Assembly: GCA_964016885.1 (NCBI GenBank)
Contig: OZ024745.1
Span: 16,368,001-16,432,000, forward strand
Length of the DNA: 64,000 nt
Reading direction: 5' to 3'
DNA from: Eledone cirrhosa
Lineage: Eukaryota
Made by a program: the position numbers and the translations under genes
Shown: positions 42,027 to 55,545 of the stretch, piece after piece
Position numbering within the stretch: position 1 is the first letter of the stretch
Layout of the letters: each line of letters opens with the position of its first letter
Notes under the pieces: generated by a model
What the model was told of the DNA's origin: nothing
Databases searched by the model: none
The model's input: only the letters and a program-made list of their open reading frames with translations

Positions 42027-42058
<32 letters not shown>

Positions 42059-42539
42059 CTTTAGCTAAAAGTATTACATTTCATGTAATCTTAAGAATGC
42101 CATTGTACTTAAGATCTCTCTAGAATGGTAATGGAGTTTTACGATAGACTTCAATGAGATATGCCGTTACGATAAACCAACGAGCAAACATATTATCTGG
42201 GATATAGTAAACCATTACTATGTAATAGCGATAGAATATCACTGATATATAAACGGAAGTTGTCGTAGTTTAAACAGGGTAATCTCAGTCAGCTGCTGAT
42301 TTCCCATTTGTCTGTAAAGCGTTAACATTGTTTCAATTTAACTCTGGACAAATACATGTTAAGGAAATTGTTGTTGAAGTAAATTCTACAGCAACGCACA
42401 GACACACACAAACACGCGCACACACACAAACACACGCACACTCTCTTGTATGTATGTATTATGGTCGTACGTACATATGTATGTATGTACGTACGTATGC
42501 ATGTATGTACGTACGTATGTATGTACGTACGTATGTATG

Positions 42540-42593
42540 TTATCTCTTTCTCTTAATTTCGAGTATATTCTTTTGACCGGCCACCTTCCTGGT
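42540..42593 (-). mobile_element. R4/Dong-like LINE extreme 3' terminus
   Basis: Nearly identical to 43313-43365; flanked by TATG repeats. Confidence 0.8.
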
Positions 42594-42665
42594 ATATATG
42601 TAAGTACGTATGTATGTATGCATGTATGTATGTACGTATGTATGTATGCATGTATGCATGAATGT

Positions 42666-43078
42666 ACCGGGAGACATGGCCCCTGAGCCTTTGTCAAGTC
42701 AGAATTCTAGGAGAAGGAAAACTCTGATATAACACCTGCAACCCTGATGGTATCCAATGATGTTGAATTGTTCTTCATTTTGGTAAATATCATCTTAGTT
42801 AAGAGAGTGGGACTGGCTTTGTGCAGTGCCTTTGCTCACTATAAAAGCTTCACGGCACACGCATTGTTTTATATCTGTAGATCTCTCTGCACTTGTCGTC
42901 ACATGGTACCATGGGCCCGGCACTATGTGTCAATAATTGTCACAAGTGCAGTGTTTATACCAGAGTTTTCGAGTTGCTGGCTGGACTAAAATGTCACACT
43001 CGTTCAGCGCATCAGTAGGGGTTCTCCTACATGGATATGAAGTAGTGGCCGTACTTGAAAACGAGTTGGCAGCCACCA
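42666..43078 (+). mobile_element. Bipartite RTE derivative, 5'-truncated
   Basis: Aligns to 44358-44770. Confidence 0.85.
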
Positions 43079-43312
43079 TGTATGTACGTACGTATGTATA
43101 TATGTATATAGGATTGTATGTATGCATGTATGCATGTATGTATGTATGTATGTATGTATGTATGTATGTATGTATGTATGTATGTATGTACGTATGTACG
43201 TATGTATGTACGTACGTATGTACGTATGTATGGTTGCATGTATGCATGTATGTATGTATGTATGTATGTATGTATGTATGTATGTATGTATGTATGTATG
43301 TATGTATGCATG

Positions 43313-44065
43313 TTATCTCTTTCTCTTAATTTCGAGTATATTTTTTTGACCGGCCACCTTCCTGGTGGCAAGATTGTAAAAGAAAAGAAATTGCCATCCC
43401 TTGAATCGCAAGAATGTTTTGCAAATTTTGAAGGTGCCAGCTATCGCAGCCATTTGTAAACTATGAATTAGGTGGCTGCGCTCTTTGTCCGCAAATCCAA
43501 GTTCAGTCATACTTTGGTCCAAGCGGGTTGGTATATAACTCGTAGCTCCAATAATGATAGGTATGAAGCTAAAGGTGTATCTTGGATACTGGATTTGTAA
43601 ACTCCTCATCAATTGTCCGTAGATGTCCTCCTTCTCCTGTATTTTTATGACAACGTTTACATTAAGTGGGCAGCTGATCTCCAAAAATAAACACGTTTTC
43701 AATGTGTGGTCCCAAACAACATTATCAGACCGGTTGTGCTTTAATTTGGTGGCAGTTTTTATTTTCAGGTTCCACCAGTATTCCTTAGAGCCACGTTCCA
43801 GATGGTTCTAGCTATCCCATCGTGTCCCATGGGGAGGTAGTAGCGAGATGACATTCTTTCACAGCTGGCAACGATGTGGCTTACATCCTCGATCTTTATT
43901 TTACATAGCCTACATTTATTGTCAGCTGATTCCCCCCTTTTGTGCAGCAGATATTTGGTAGGGAGTTCTTGTTCCTTTATTGCATAGAGATATCCTCCAA
44001 GGTGTGATGTCATAAACCTGTCGGAACTCCATGCCAGGCTTTTTGAGTGGTTTATCCCCTCTATG
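43313..44065 (-). mobile_element. R4/Dong-like non-LTR retrotransposon 3' part (CCHC zinc knuckle plus restriction-like endonuclease), decayed
   Basis: Peptides AIKEQELPTKY..CRLCKIKIEDVSHIVASC..HDGIAR, KHNRSDNVVWD..LEISCP..KEDIY..IPIIIGA, matching RLE motifs; both ends in (CATA)n. Confidence 0.85.
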
Positions 44066-44114
44066 GTATGTATGTATGTATGTATGTATGTATGTATGTA
44101 TGTATGTATGTATG

Positions 44115-44145
<31 letters not shown>

Positions 44146-44160
44146 GTATGTATGTATGCA

Positions 44161-44770
44161 TGTCAGGTCACCAGTTGGTGCTACTGGTAACATGTATCCC
44201 AGTACAACCTGTCTCATGGTCGGGTCGTTGGCGACTAAACTGGCAACCCCACCAAGGTTTCTTGGTGAGGAGGGTGACTTTGGACATCCTGCAGGACTAA
44301 AAACAAAACCTGTCAAAGGGCAAAGGAGCTCTTAAGAGTCAATGGCCATCCAAAATCACCGGGAGAGATGACCCCTTAGCCTTTGTCAAGGCAGAATTCT
44401 AGGAGAAGGAAAACTCTGATATAACACCTGCAACCCTGATGGTATCCAATGATGTTGACTTGTTCTTCTTTTTGGTAAATATCATCTTGGTTAAGAGAGT
44501 GGGACTGGCTTTGTGCAGTGCCTTTGCTCACTATAAAAGCTTCACGGCACAGGCATTGCTTTATATCTGGAGATCTCTCTGCACTTGTCGTCACATGGTA
44601 CCATGGGCCCTGCACTATGTGTCAGTAATTGTCACAAGTGTAGTGTTTGTACCAGAGTTTTCAAATCGCTGGCTGGACTAAAAAGTCACACTCGTTCAGC
44701 GCATCGGTAGGGGTTCTCCTACATGGATATAAAGTAGTGGCCGTACTCGAAAACGAGTTGGCAGCCACCA
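44161..44770 (+). mobile_element. Bipartite non-autonomous RTE derivative, full-length unit
   Basis: RTE-type 5' UTR motif CTAGGAGAAGGAAAACTCTGA; 3' C2H2-like CSVCTRVFKSLAGLKSHTRSAH* then hairpin CTCGAAAACGAG and (ATGT)n tail; no RT. Confidence 0.75.
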
Positions 44771-44799
44771 TGTATGTATGTATGTATGTATGTATGTTG

Positions 44800-45416
44800 T
44801 GTCAGGTCACCAGTTGGTGCTACTGGTAACATGTATCCCAGTACAACCTGTCCCATGGTCGGGTCGTTGGCGACTAAACTGGCAACCCCACCAAGGTTTC
44901 TTGGTGAGGAGGGTGACTTTGGACATCCTGCAGGACTAAAAACAAAACCTGTCAAAGGGCAAAGGAGCTCCTTAGAGTCAATGGCCATCCAAAATCACTG
45001 GGAGAGATGACCCCTTAGCCTTTGTCAAGGCAGAATTCTAGGAGAAAGAAAACTCTGATATAACACCTGCAACCCTGATGGTATCCAATGATGTTGACTT
45101 GTTCTTCTTTTTGGTAAATATTATCTTGGTTAAGAGAGTGGGACTGGCTTTGTGCAGTGCCTTTGCTCACTATAAAAGCTTCACGGCACAGGCATTGCTT
45201 TATATCTGGAGATCTCTGATCTCTCTGCACTTGTCGTCACATGGTACCATGGGCCCAGCACTATGTGTCAATAATTGTCACAGGTGTAGTGTTTGTACCA
45301 GAGTTTTCAAGTCGCTGGCTGGGCTAAAAAGTCACACTCGTTCAGCGCATTGGTAGGGGTTCTCCTACATGGATATAAAGTAGTAGCCGTACTCGAAAAC
45401 GAGTTGGCAGCCACCA
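44800..45416 (+). mobile_element. Bipartite RTE derivative, second full-length unit
   Basis: Nearly identical to 44161-44770 with the same 5' start TGTCAGGTCACCAG. Confidence 0.8.
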
Positions 45417-46956
45417 TTTATGTATGTATGTATGTATGTATGTATGTATGTATGTATGTATGTATGTATGTATGTATGTATGTATGTATGTATGTATGTA
45501 TGTATGTATGTACGTATGTATGTATGTACGTACGTATGTACGTATGTACGTATGTACGTATGCATGTATGCATGTATGTATGTATATATGTATGTATGTA
45601 GGTATGTATGTATGTATGTATGTATGTATGTATGTATGTATGTATGTATGTATGTATGTATCCATAAAGAATTCTATCCGAAGTTCTAATGCCTCAGTCA
45701 ATTCGTTGTCTTTTGACTTAGATATACATCATTAAATGTTCTGTGAAACGTTTAGCAATGCAGATCTAAGTCAAACTGTTAATACACCCTTCACATACAT
45801 ATATTACACACTCATATATACACATATATACATATATCTTCAACATGGCTGACTGAAGACACAGGTGCTTTATCTAAAAAAACTTATTTTTCGTTTCTTC
45901 CTTTTCTCACTCCTTATATTTCTATTGTATCTTTTATTTCTCATTCTATCTTCTAATGAAGGGCTAGTGTCGGAAACGTAGGCCACTTTTCCGACTATAT
46001 CAAGCGCTAAACTAATATATTTCTTCATTGTACTGTGTTGTTGTTTCCCTTTACCTTTTTCATGTATATATACATATATACGTACCTATACATATATATA
46101 TATATACAAACCTGAAAATATAACAATTTTAAAAGCCCATGCAATGTTTGCATCCGTCATAACCTAAACATACATTACTAAACATATTAAACACACATAA
46201 TAGTTTTGTCTTCTAACAACTTCACCGTATTGTTTAACTACATTCCGCCGATGAATGTTTCTTTTTTCATAGAAAGAATTCAAATAATTAGAAAAGTAAG
46301 ATAATATGGAGGTATGCCAAGTTAAGTGATCCTACTTGTTTGTAAAACGAGGAAATATATTACAAGCCAGCCTAGCAACGTCTCTATTAGTCGTTTGACT
46401 ATTTTTGTGATATTTAATAAAGAATGGCAGACATCCTTCCATCCATGGGCACTTAACTCCTGATGGAATCGTACAGGTGCCAACCTAACATTCGGCGTAC
46501 CTTCGATATTTAACCCAGTCACAGCCCATCCTCATCTATGTCTGTACACAGCCAGCTTCTTATATATATCGTCAATAGATCGACTTTCGTCAAATCAGAC
46601 CGAGGAAACAATGTTTTCGTCGGTCTTTCTAATTGCTAATACTATCTATCGGTCGCAACTCCATGTTTTCTATTTAATTTTGGTTGGAGTTCATTTATGT
46701 TTATTGCCTCTGTGATTTGTCTAAACATTGCGTCTTGAATGGAACAGCAACATCACAACTTACAATTAAGGACAACATGAAAACACACACACAAATAGAA
46801 CAAACAACCAACCAGTAACAAATAAATAAACAAATATAGACACACACAAACACCTGGATGTAACACATGCGCAAACTAAGCACACAACACACACAAAAAC
46901 AAGATGGCGTAGGACAGAACAAAGGAGAGACACAAAAACAAAGAAAATAATCCCCA

Positions 46957-46999
46957 GTCACTGAAGAGGTCACAGCATGTGTGACGAAAGAACTTTGAC
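46957..46999 (+). ncRNA. Minimal hammerhead-like motif with one unpaired G before helix II
   Basis: gtca CTGAAGA g-gtcaca-gcatg-tgtgac GAAA G-aa-C TT tgac. Confidence 0.6.
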
Positions 47000-47305
47000 A
47001 ATATATGAACAATCGTCTGGTTGTGGAACCAACCAACCGGAAATTTATAAATTCCTAAATTTATAAATTTAATTTATAATAAATTGAAGTGAAAGCAATT
47101 GGTGCGTGTGTTTCTTGTTGGCAACATGACCCTCCCAAAGTATAACAATATATATATATATAAAGATAAAGTGAAAAAGTGTACATCAAGTGGTGCGTAT
47201 ATTTTTTAATGGCAATACTGATAACATTACCATCCTTAAATATGATGATAACGGTTTCAACACAAGATCTCACACTAAGAATCATGCAAAGCAAATATAT
47301 ATATG

Positions 47306-47407
<102 letters not shown>

Positions 47408-47424
47408 TATACATATATATATAC

Positions 47425-47471
<47 letters not shown>

Positions 47472-47472
<1 letters not shown>

Positions 47473-47733
47473 ATTTATTAAAATAACAGATTAAAGTTTA
47501 AGCAAATAATCACTGCTTTCACCCTTAACGGGATCTTCTGAAAGAAAAAAGTCAATTGACTGATTGACTGTTTTAGTTTCAGAAGATCCCGTTAAGGGTG
47601 AAAGCAGCGATTCTTTGCTTAAACTTTAATCTGTTATTATTAATAAATATTTGCTCTACGGTTCTTATATATCTGATATATATTTATCCTTATCGAGCCC
47701 TCTTTGGATTTTAATCTTCAAATTTATTATTAT

Positions 47734-47737
<4 letters not shown>
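47472..47737 (+). mobile_element. Family J copy with inverted arm; CAGAAGA hammerhead at 47575-47625 and inverted copy at 47495-47543
   Basis: Inverted arms 47472-47543 / 47577-47650; between (TA)n tracts. Confidence 0.8.
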
Positions 47738-47831
<94 letters not shown>

Positions 47832-47859
47832 CATATATATATATATATAATTACATAGT

Positions 47860-48100
47860 AAACAGCACAATATAATTATTTAATTGTCGAAGGTTTCAAA
47901 AATCTAGATGATTCTTGCAAAAAACACGTAGCTCGTTCGTCAGACAAAGCAATTATGTTTTGGATATAAATTTTGAAACGAACAATCTTTCTTGCAAGAA
48001 GCATCTATTTTCTTGAGACCTTCGATAATGAAAATTATTATTTTGTGTTTTTATGTAATTAAATAACTCTGTACAATACATAGAGCACTCGTCTTTCCTC
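47860..48100 (+). mobile_element. Degenerate inverted-arm PLE-type element
   Basis: Imperfect inverted repeat 47865-47940 / 47975-48052; 3' bulged stem-loop ACTC-TGTA-caa-TACA-ta-GAGC at 48066-48086. Confidence 0.5.
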
Positions 48101-51100
48101 GTGTGTGTGTGTGTGTAATATATAAAAGTAACGAAGTTCGATAAATTAAATCAACGTTCTCCGGCCAATATCTAGCTCACTCAATGAATCCGCCAAATTG
48201 CAGTAATGCAGCTGCAATCAGCTGTTCAGAGCTGCATTTCCTACTAACTAAATGTGTGCAACATATTTAGTTAATAGCAAATACGTTGGCTTGTGTTTTG
48301 GTAGATATAAAAGTAAAAATCTCAACTCCTGAACGATACCATTTCTGAGCAACATAACTTCACAAATGCAGATATTACATCCGCAATGTTCAGAAAGTCA
48401 CGTAATATCAGCAGACATTTACGTAACCGGGCTGTTACATGTCATCATCAGGTGCGCCAAAACATGAGGTCTATTTATGCTGGTATGCAGATATGTCGCT
48501 GGTTAGCTTTTACCATCTTGGTGTAATGCGAACGGTCATATGACATACAGTATCACGTTTTTTAGTTATGTTTAGTGGCAAATATATCAGTCTTTTGATT
48601 GGTGGAATGTTTAGGCCGAAAGAAAAAATTATTTTCGTCGTTCCAACACCTGCCAATTTGATCATATACTTAGGGTTGGTTAATATTATATACTAGGATA
48701 CAATTTGTAACGAGTAACTCGTAACAATGTGACATGACACTTTGCAATCGCTAACCAGCAATGTTTTTGTTGTAGCAGTACTCATGCTAACATTCAAATT
48801 AGTCGATTGGGTGCGAGATGAGAAACGGCTCAATGATTTTGAAACCGGAAAACGTTAAACCAACATCAGAAATGTCCACATCACTACACATAGACTGTCT
48901 CTTCCATACAAAAAAAACAAAAAGGCAGAGGCTTAACATCCATTTAAACATCCTTTCTATGTGTCATCACACCACTTAGGCAGCTATTAATTGTGGAATG
49001 TTGAAGTGCATTAACAGACCAGGTATACATACATGAGCAAGAGTATATCATGAGTGGAAGAAAGGAGCTTCAGAGAATGTATTTCTTGGCTGATGACCAA
49101 TGATATCGTGTTGTTCCGGTCGTAAGACATTTCTTTATGTATTTATTTGTGTAGTTATTGTGTGTGTGTTACAGATCTGTTTTCTACACATCATTCCTAG
49201 TAGCTAGTGCTTTTATAACTACTAAGATATTGATCTACAGTAACGATTCTGCCCTCCATCATATAAAAATCGCAATGATCCATTCGGGAGCAGCTGAAGA
49301 GAATAATCGATGTTTTTCTGTGTTTGCTTGTTTTTATTTTGAGGAATATTTATTTATTTTAATATCGAATGTTTAGAGCAATATCGTCGTTGGTTACATA
49401 TTTCTCTTATTTGTCTTTCTGACAGTGAGAACGTAGTTCAATTGAGAAATATTAAACAGAGAATTAACATGTACAGACAATTAGAATGGCTTGAAAGGGT
49501 TCAAGGGAGATCTTTACCTCAGATCCATGGCAATAAAGCTGGAGTATAGCTGGAAACTGTTAATGTGATAGTGATTGAGGCTGGTTAGAATGTGCTACTT
49601 TATGGCATTCGTTCCCGTTGAGATTTGATAACAAATTGTCAGTCAAGGTGTTGGATTAATTGCAACTGTATTCATTACAGCTGCTTATTGCGTTCTGAGT
49701 TTAAATCTCATCACGGTTAAGTTTGCTTTTCATTCTTCCGGGGTCGATAAAGAAAGTACAAGTCATAGGCTGTGAATTAGGCGGAACTGTTAAATCATCA
49801 GGCAGATGTTTTGTTATATCTGATCGAACTCTGTGCGTTCAAAGTTGAAATCCGGTTCCAATATGCCAGGAGTTGCGACCGGAAGGTGATATCCTCAATG
49901 AAAGGTCCACTGGAATTATATTTACTTTAGTCTGATCTGATGATAAGTTTCTTTCTTTTCATCTTTGCTGTTTAGGGTCAATTTTAGACCAAAGAACAGT
50001 ACAGATAATGAAGAAGTGTTGTGAATGTCAAAAATATGTTATATAGTTTAGAATCTATGAATAGAAATAAATACAATGTTGGGTAAAAATAGATATTCTT
50101 GGATAATGTATAAAAATACAGATAAGAAAGTAAAATAACAAACCACATACATTCATTTATATTGCGTGACGTTGTAGTGCTTCCAAGGGCTGAGTCGTGA
50201 CTACATATTTATGATTTTATCTAGGGCAGATAGAAATAAGTGCATCTGCCCAAATATATACTGATTTATCCGACGTCGATTGGAATTCAATATCCATGAA
50301 GTTCAATATATTATCTACTCCATTATTTCAGATAATTACAAGTTATTTAGCTGCCATTTTAGTTCTCTATATGTGATTATGTTGACTTCGTTCTTCAGCT
50401 ACACATCTACTTCCACTTTACACACATATGCACATACACACACACAGACTAGTACATACACCCAAACATACATGCCTATACAAAATGACACATAGTTACA
50501 CACCGATATATACAGGCATGCCAGTGACTTGAGTGTTATGAGTTTCATAACTCAAAAAGAAAACGAATTCAATAAGTGCACTTAAGCACGAAAGACCTGA
50601 CCCCATCGGAATCACTGGTATAGATTCTGATATATAATATACACATCATTCTATACATGTATTGTGTTTTGTTTTTCCTGTTTATATCACCATATATACG
50701 CATACATATAGAAACATAAACACATCTATAGATACAAATATTCACACGCACACAAACACTCACATATATGCACGCAGACACAAAAACAGACATACACAAA
50801 AGAACCACCCACTGTCACAAATACACTCACACACGCAGACACAGCCACATAAACGCACACAAACAAATAAACACACAAACGTATATACGTCCACATATAA
50901 TTATGCTACACACACATTTAAATAGAGACAGCTTGTGTAGCAAGCAACACCAGTCGATATTCATATGTCTTGCAGGTTCTACAAGCTTAATTGATTAACA
51001 TTGCTGACAAAGCTAGGGCAACTATCACAGAGCTAACCATACACAAACAGACTAATTGCTGACTTACTTTTAGAGAGGCCATTAGACTTGTCTTTGATCT

Positions 51101-51389
51101 CTGGTGTCCCCTCCCATCTGATAGCACTCTACTTCCTCCAATATAATTACATCCTACTCATCTGCCATATATTTCATTTTTCATACATCTTCTTCATTGT
51201 GCTTTCTACATATTTTAATGTTTCTCTTTTTCCTTTATCTGTTTTCACAAACAAGCAAACAAAAAAAATCTAGATATGAATACATACAATCATATTCACA
51301 TACCCAAATATACACACACATAAACATATATGCACATGTGTGTATGTGAGTGTGTATATGTATGCATATATATATATATATATATACAT

Positions 51390-51429
<40 letters not shown>

Positions 51430-51468
51430 AGAGAGTATTGAAGTTTGCTTGAAGCATTGTGGAATAAT

Positions 51469-51912
51469 AAAATTAGTCGTTTTGGAAGCGTCAACAATGC
51501 AGATGGGTAAATCTCCGGGTAACAGAATCAGGTGGTAATGAGAGAGATGTAAGGGAATGCAGAATGAGACGTATAGGGTGTAGAGGAACGTAGGAAAGAG
51601 CGTAAAAATAAAAATAATAACACGAGATAGAGTTACCTTCGGAGAGATTTAATTGTCCCTATATTTCGGATTTCGCATCCATCACCTCGGGTTTTCCGAG
51701 GGGTAAAGTTATCTGTCGGAGAGGAACGGTACGTGGCCTCTGTTGTGCAACTCTATCTCGTGTAATTATTTTTACTTTTACGCTCTTTCCTACATTCATC
51801 TAAACACTATACATCTCATTCTACATTTCCTCTTACATCTCTCATCTTCACCACCGGATTCTGTTACCCGGAGATTTACCCAACTGCATTGTTGAGGCTT
51901 CCAAAACGACCA

Positions 51913-51918
<6 letters not shown>
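51469..51918. repeat. About 165-bp inverted repeats around a 115-bp core, between (TA)n tracts
   Basis: 51469-51634 is the imperfect reverse complement of 51749-51918. Confidence 0.85.
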
Positions 51919-51950
<32 letters not shown>

Positions 51951-52719
51951 GTATATATATATATATATATACACATAGTAATATAATGGGCTATAGTGTA
52001 ATAGTTCACTATTTTCCTTGATGAGATGGGATGAATTAGGCTCAATGCACGTAGCGATGAATAAATAAATAATAATAATACTAACCCTTCGCCTTACTGC
52101 ATTTTGAAATATATATGTATATAAATATATATATATGCAAAGGTTTTATTTAAAATTGTTGGGTTACAACAAGTAAATATTTTATAACTGATATAAAGCA
52201 CTCGACAAGTTTTTGGAGTAGATATACGATATTAAACAAATGGAAACTATATTTATAGAACCATATCTCTCCTTCTTTTCCTCTCCCCTCTCTCTCTCCG
52301 TTTTTTTTCTTTCTCTCCGTCTTTTTTCTAACTGTGCTTAACACTATAACTGAATAATTATTATCCTTCTCTCTCTATATAGTACTTCCTCTCTCTTGAG
52401 TTTCTCTATCTGTATGATGAATTATTATTATTTCTCTGTTGCTTTCGTTTGCCTCTCTTATTTCTCTCTTGTTTCTTTTTCACTTCCTCCTATCTATTTA
52501 TATATATATTTTTTTTCTCTCTCTCCTTCTTTCCCTCTCCCCTCTCTCTCTCTGTTTTTTCTTTACCTCCGTTTTTTCTTTCTCTCCGTCTTTTTTCTAA
52601 CTGTGCTTAACACTATAACTAAATAATTATAAACAAATCACTATCCAGACAGCTTCCAAATATAATGGTCGCTTATAATAGGGTACGTCAAAATTATTTA
52701 TAAAACTGTTTATATATTG

Positions 52720-52785
52720 TATTTTATCTGACGAAGGCATGCCATATTTTTAATATGGTATCCCTGAAATATGTATAATGAAATA
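52720..52785 (+). ncRNA. Type I hammerhead (family F), intact core
   Basis: tattttat CTGACGA agg.atgccatatt..aatatggtat.cct GAAA T-atgt-A TA atgaaata; 8-bp helix I; AATAAA overlaps its end. Confidence 0.8.
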
Positions 52786-52852
52786 AATATGGCTTTATAA
52801 ATATAGTTTCCATTTGTTTAATATCGTATATATATATATATATATATATATA

Positions 52853-52962
52853 TGGGAAAAGTATGACCCCGACGGCAGAGCTCAAGCCGATTGGGCGGCT
52901 ATTTCTCCGTCGAAACGGCTTGAGCTCTGCGGTCGGGGTCATACTTTTTCCTATAACCCACT
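52853..52962. mobile_element. Family A inverted pair
   Basis: GAAAAGTATGACCCCGACGGCAGAGCTC / GAGCTCTGCGGTCGGGGTCATACTTTTTC. Confidence 0.8.
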
Positions 52963-53284
52963 ATACGTTATCTGTCAGATAATAAATAAATCTTACGGTC
53001 AGCAAACCTACAGTAAATAAATGGTCCATTGTTTCAAGCTCCAGGATATCTCTACACTATATATAATGTACCCCATGACAGCTTTCACATGTCAATTTCA
53101 TACATCTGTTTCGTATCAGCTCGATTTACATGCTAAAGTTATCAGTATACTCTATTTCTTACTTAGATTGATGTTGGGATTATTTTAACTATTTACTATC
53201 TAGCTAATTTATTTGAGTATTGTTATTATTTAATGCCACTACTATATATAGAAGCCATGCCTGTGTATTTCCTTCATTCCCGCA

Positions 53285-53392
53285 TGCTCTGATGAATAGA
53301 CTGATTATAACAAAGTATTGGTGATCGATTGACGCCAAAGCAGGCGGGTAGCGATCTCTAGACCTACCAGTTCAGAGAAACAATTGTCAGCA
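53285..53392 (+). ncRNA. Type I hammerhead with long helix II (family D), intact core
   Basis: tgct CTGATGA ata-gactg...cagtt-caga GAAA C-AATT-G TC agca, then AATAAA. Confidence 0.8.
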
Positions 53393-53616
53393 ATGTGAAT
53401 AAAGCCCTTATTGTATAGCAAACCATGTCACTCTTCTTTCTTGATTTATTATTACTCCAACTGTAAACTACATAGAAATCACCGCGTACTCGGAGCATCA
53501 CTATGGAAACGTCTTGTTGAGTCAAACTTAGCCAAGCGTTAATACTATCCACTACTCGGAGTACCCTAACTGGACTACATCTAAGTGGACTACCTATAAC
53601 AATAATTTTTTATCCC

Positions 53617-53709
<93 letters not shown>

Positions 53710-54184
53710 TATATACATATATATATGTATATATATATGTATATATGTATGTGTGTATGCATATAATTCGACATTCAGTAAAACCTTAGAAGCCTCATAA
53801 ATTGGTTTAAATATGTATTGTAGTGAACATTTGTAATTTTATGAAATCACTTCAGTCTATTTCGCTTCAGCAAATATTTGTAAATATTGACATGCGTTTC
53901 ATTAAACTTATTCATAGTTGATTGAACAACGTAAGATGCATACTTTAAATGTCGCTGAATATTACCAGGGATATACACGAAACTCTGTATTAGACCGACC
54001 AGCGACTGGTCAAGTTCATCTTCAGCTTGAACTCCCATTTTAGCTTCAATATCATCAACATCAGAAATTCAAATTAATTTCTGGCTCATTCGACAGCGAG
54101 GGCTACAGGAATTAGACTTCTAAACATGCAGCACTCCCATACAGATATCTTGCCGATAATTTATAGCGGAGTCAGATTAAATTA

Positions 54185-54381
54185 CGAGGGGCGACCGAAA
54201 GGTTTATAGGCTAACTATGAAGGAGTAATGCTAGAGCTGTGAAATCTTGCATGCATTAATTTCAACTCTTCTCATTAATAACTCTAGTGTTACTTTGCAG
54301 GGTCTATGTTGAAAAATAAACCTCATTTGGTAATTCCATGAGAGTGTCTTGGGCAGCTTATGAACTTTTCCCTGAGCTTCG
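54185..54381. mobile_element. Tc1/mariner-type MITE
   Basis: TA|CGAGGGG...CTTCG|TA; reverse-complement homologue of 9185-9541. Confidence 0.75.
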
Positions 54382-55106
54382 TAAATTTAACTAACTAGAA
54401 AGATTAGTGTTTGGTCACTTGTGGAGATCACATTGATATTAGTTAGAAATTCAACAAGCATCTGGATGAGATACAATATTTTCATTGTGTATCGGGATAA
54501 CATATCAACTCCATTAAAAAGCATCAGTTTAAATTTACCCACATGCTGATTAATGCACACAATGAGCGGCATTATAATATAATAACAGTCAATGTACATA
54601 CAAGATTGATTACAATAAACAGTATTTCATTTCAAGCACCAACCATATCATGTGTTTATCTCTGTGAAAAGGGAATAACGACAATGAGTTGGTTTCTTTT
54701 CCACTGCGAGGCTTCTTATTCAAAATAGTAATCACATTTATATTAAATTTAACCCCTACGCTACACTGTGCACAGAAATAGATATGTATTGTATATTTAA
54801 TTACATCACCAAACGAATGCATGATATGCAAAATAGATTGGTCATTTCAATTAAGTTCTGGTTTGTATTTCACATAGTGACTATGATAAGTTTTTTTGTA
54901 GGTAGAATGATAATGTCGCTTGTCTTATAATGAACAACCCACTAGCTATGGAACATATTCTGTTTTTGTTTCTTCTAAGATTACAGAAATAGATTACCAT
55001 GTATTACATTTTCAGATAGTGGCTGAATATCCCATAGACACGTATATTATCAACGTAATCAACAACAGGAATCAGCGTGACACAAATGTCCCAAAATACC
55101 TAAATA

Positions 55107-55292
55107 GCCGGTAAGAGACCCAGGGGTAGACCGCTAGCAAGATGGTTGGATAGCATCCATGAGCTTGGCTGGTCTCGTTTGGAGATCCAGCCGGATGAGT
55201 TGGAGATGGTTGCTTCTGACAGGACCCACTGGAAAGGGTTTTGAGGACTCTACTTCCATGACCCTCTCAGGAATACGTGTGTGACGAAGAAG
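55107..55292 (+). mobile_element. RTE-b LINE 3' fragment
   Basis: Matches 9888-10073 (GKRPRGRP.ARWLD). Confidence 0.88.
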
Positions 55293-55339
55293 AGATAATA
55301 CCTATATTGAATTTATTTTAAAATTTAATGAATATATAT

Positions 55340-55545
55340 GGTTTCTTATTTAAGCACAAGGACAACATATTGATGCAAGGAGAAAGTTGATTAAATCGAT
55401 CCAGTGCGTTACTGGTACTTCATTTCATTGGCCCCGTAATAATAAAAGGCAAAGCTAACCGCGGCGAGATTTGAGCTCAGAATGAAAAGGGACGTAGTTT
55501 TAAGCCCCAAAGCATGTTGTCCGACAGTCTACCGATACTGCTAAT
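55340..55545 (-). mobile_element. tRNA-derived SINE, degenerate
   Basis: ACTGGTACTT..CCCCGTAA..AAAGGCAAAG..GAGATTTGAGCTC..CTACCGATACTGC. Confidence 0.7.

Larger units (their letters stand above)
42440..45662. repeat. (TATG)n microsatellite field hosting nested retroelements
   Basis: Six or more TATG tracts separating R4/Dong-like and RTE-derived inserts. Confidence 0.95.

Noticed and set aside
44161-44255. HDV-like or twister ribozyme at the 5' end of the RTE derivative
   Set aside because: GG-hairpin-CTAA is suggestive, but I could not assemble consistent P1/P2/P3/P1.1 pairings by hand
42747-45356. Repeated ORFs MVSNDVELFF.. and ..DIKQCLCREAF.. as a small gene family
   Set aside because: Incidental frames within the repeated non-autonomous RTE derivative
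45945-45990. CTAATGA-AGGGCTAGTGTCG-GAAA-CGTA hammerhead-like string
   Set aside because: Core mutated, and helices I and II do not pair adequately
53847-54080. Short minus-strand ORF MGVQAEDELDQSLVG..
   Set aside because: No recognisable homology or splice support; cannot be called without a database search
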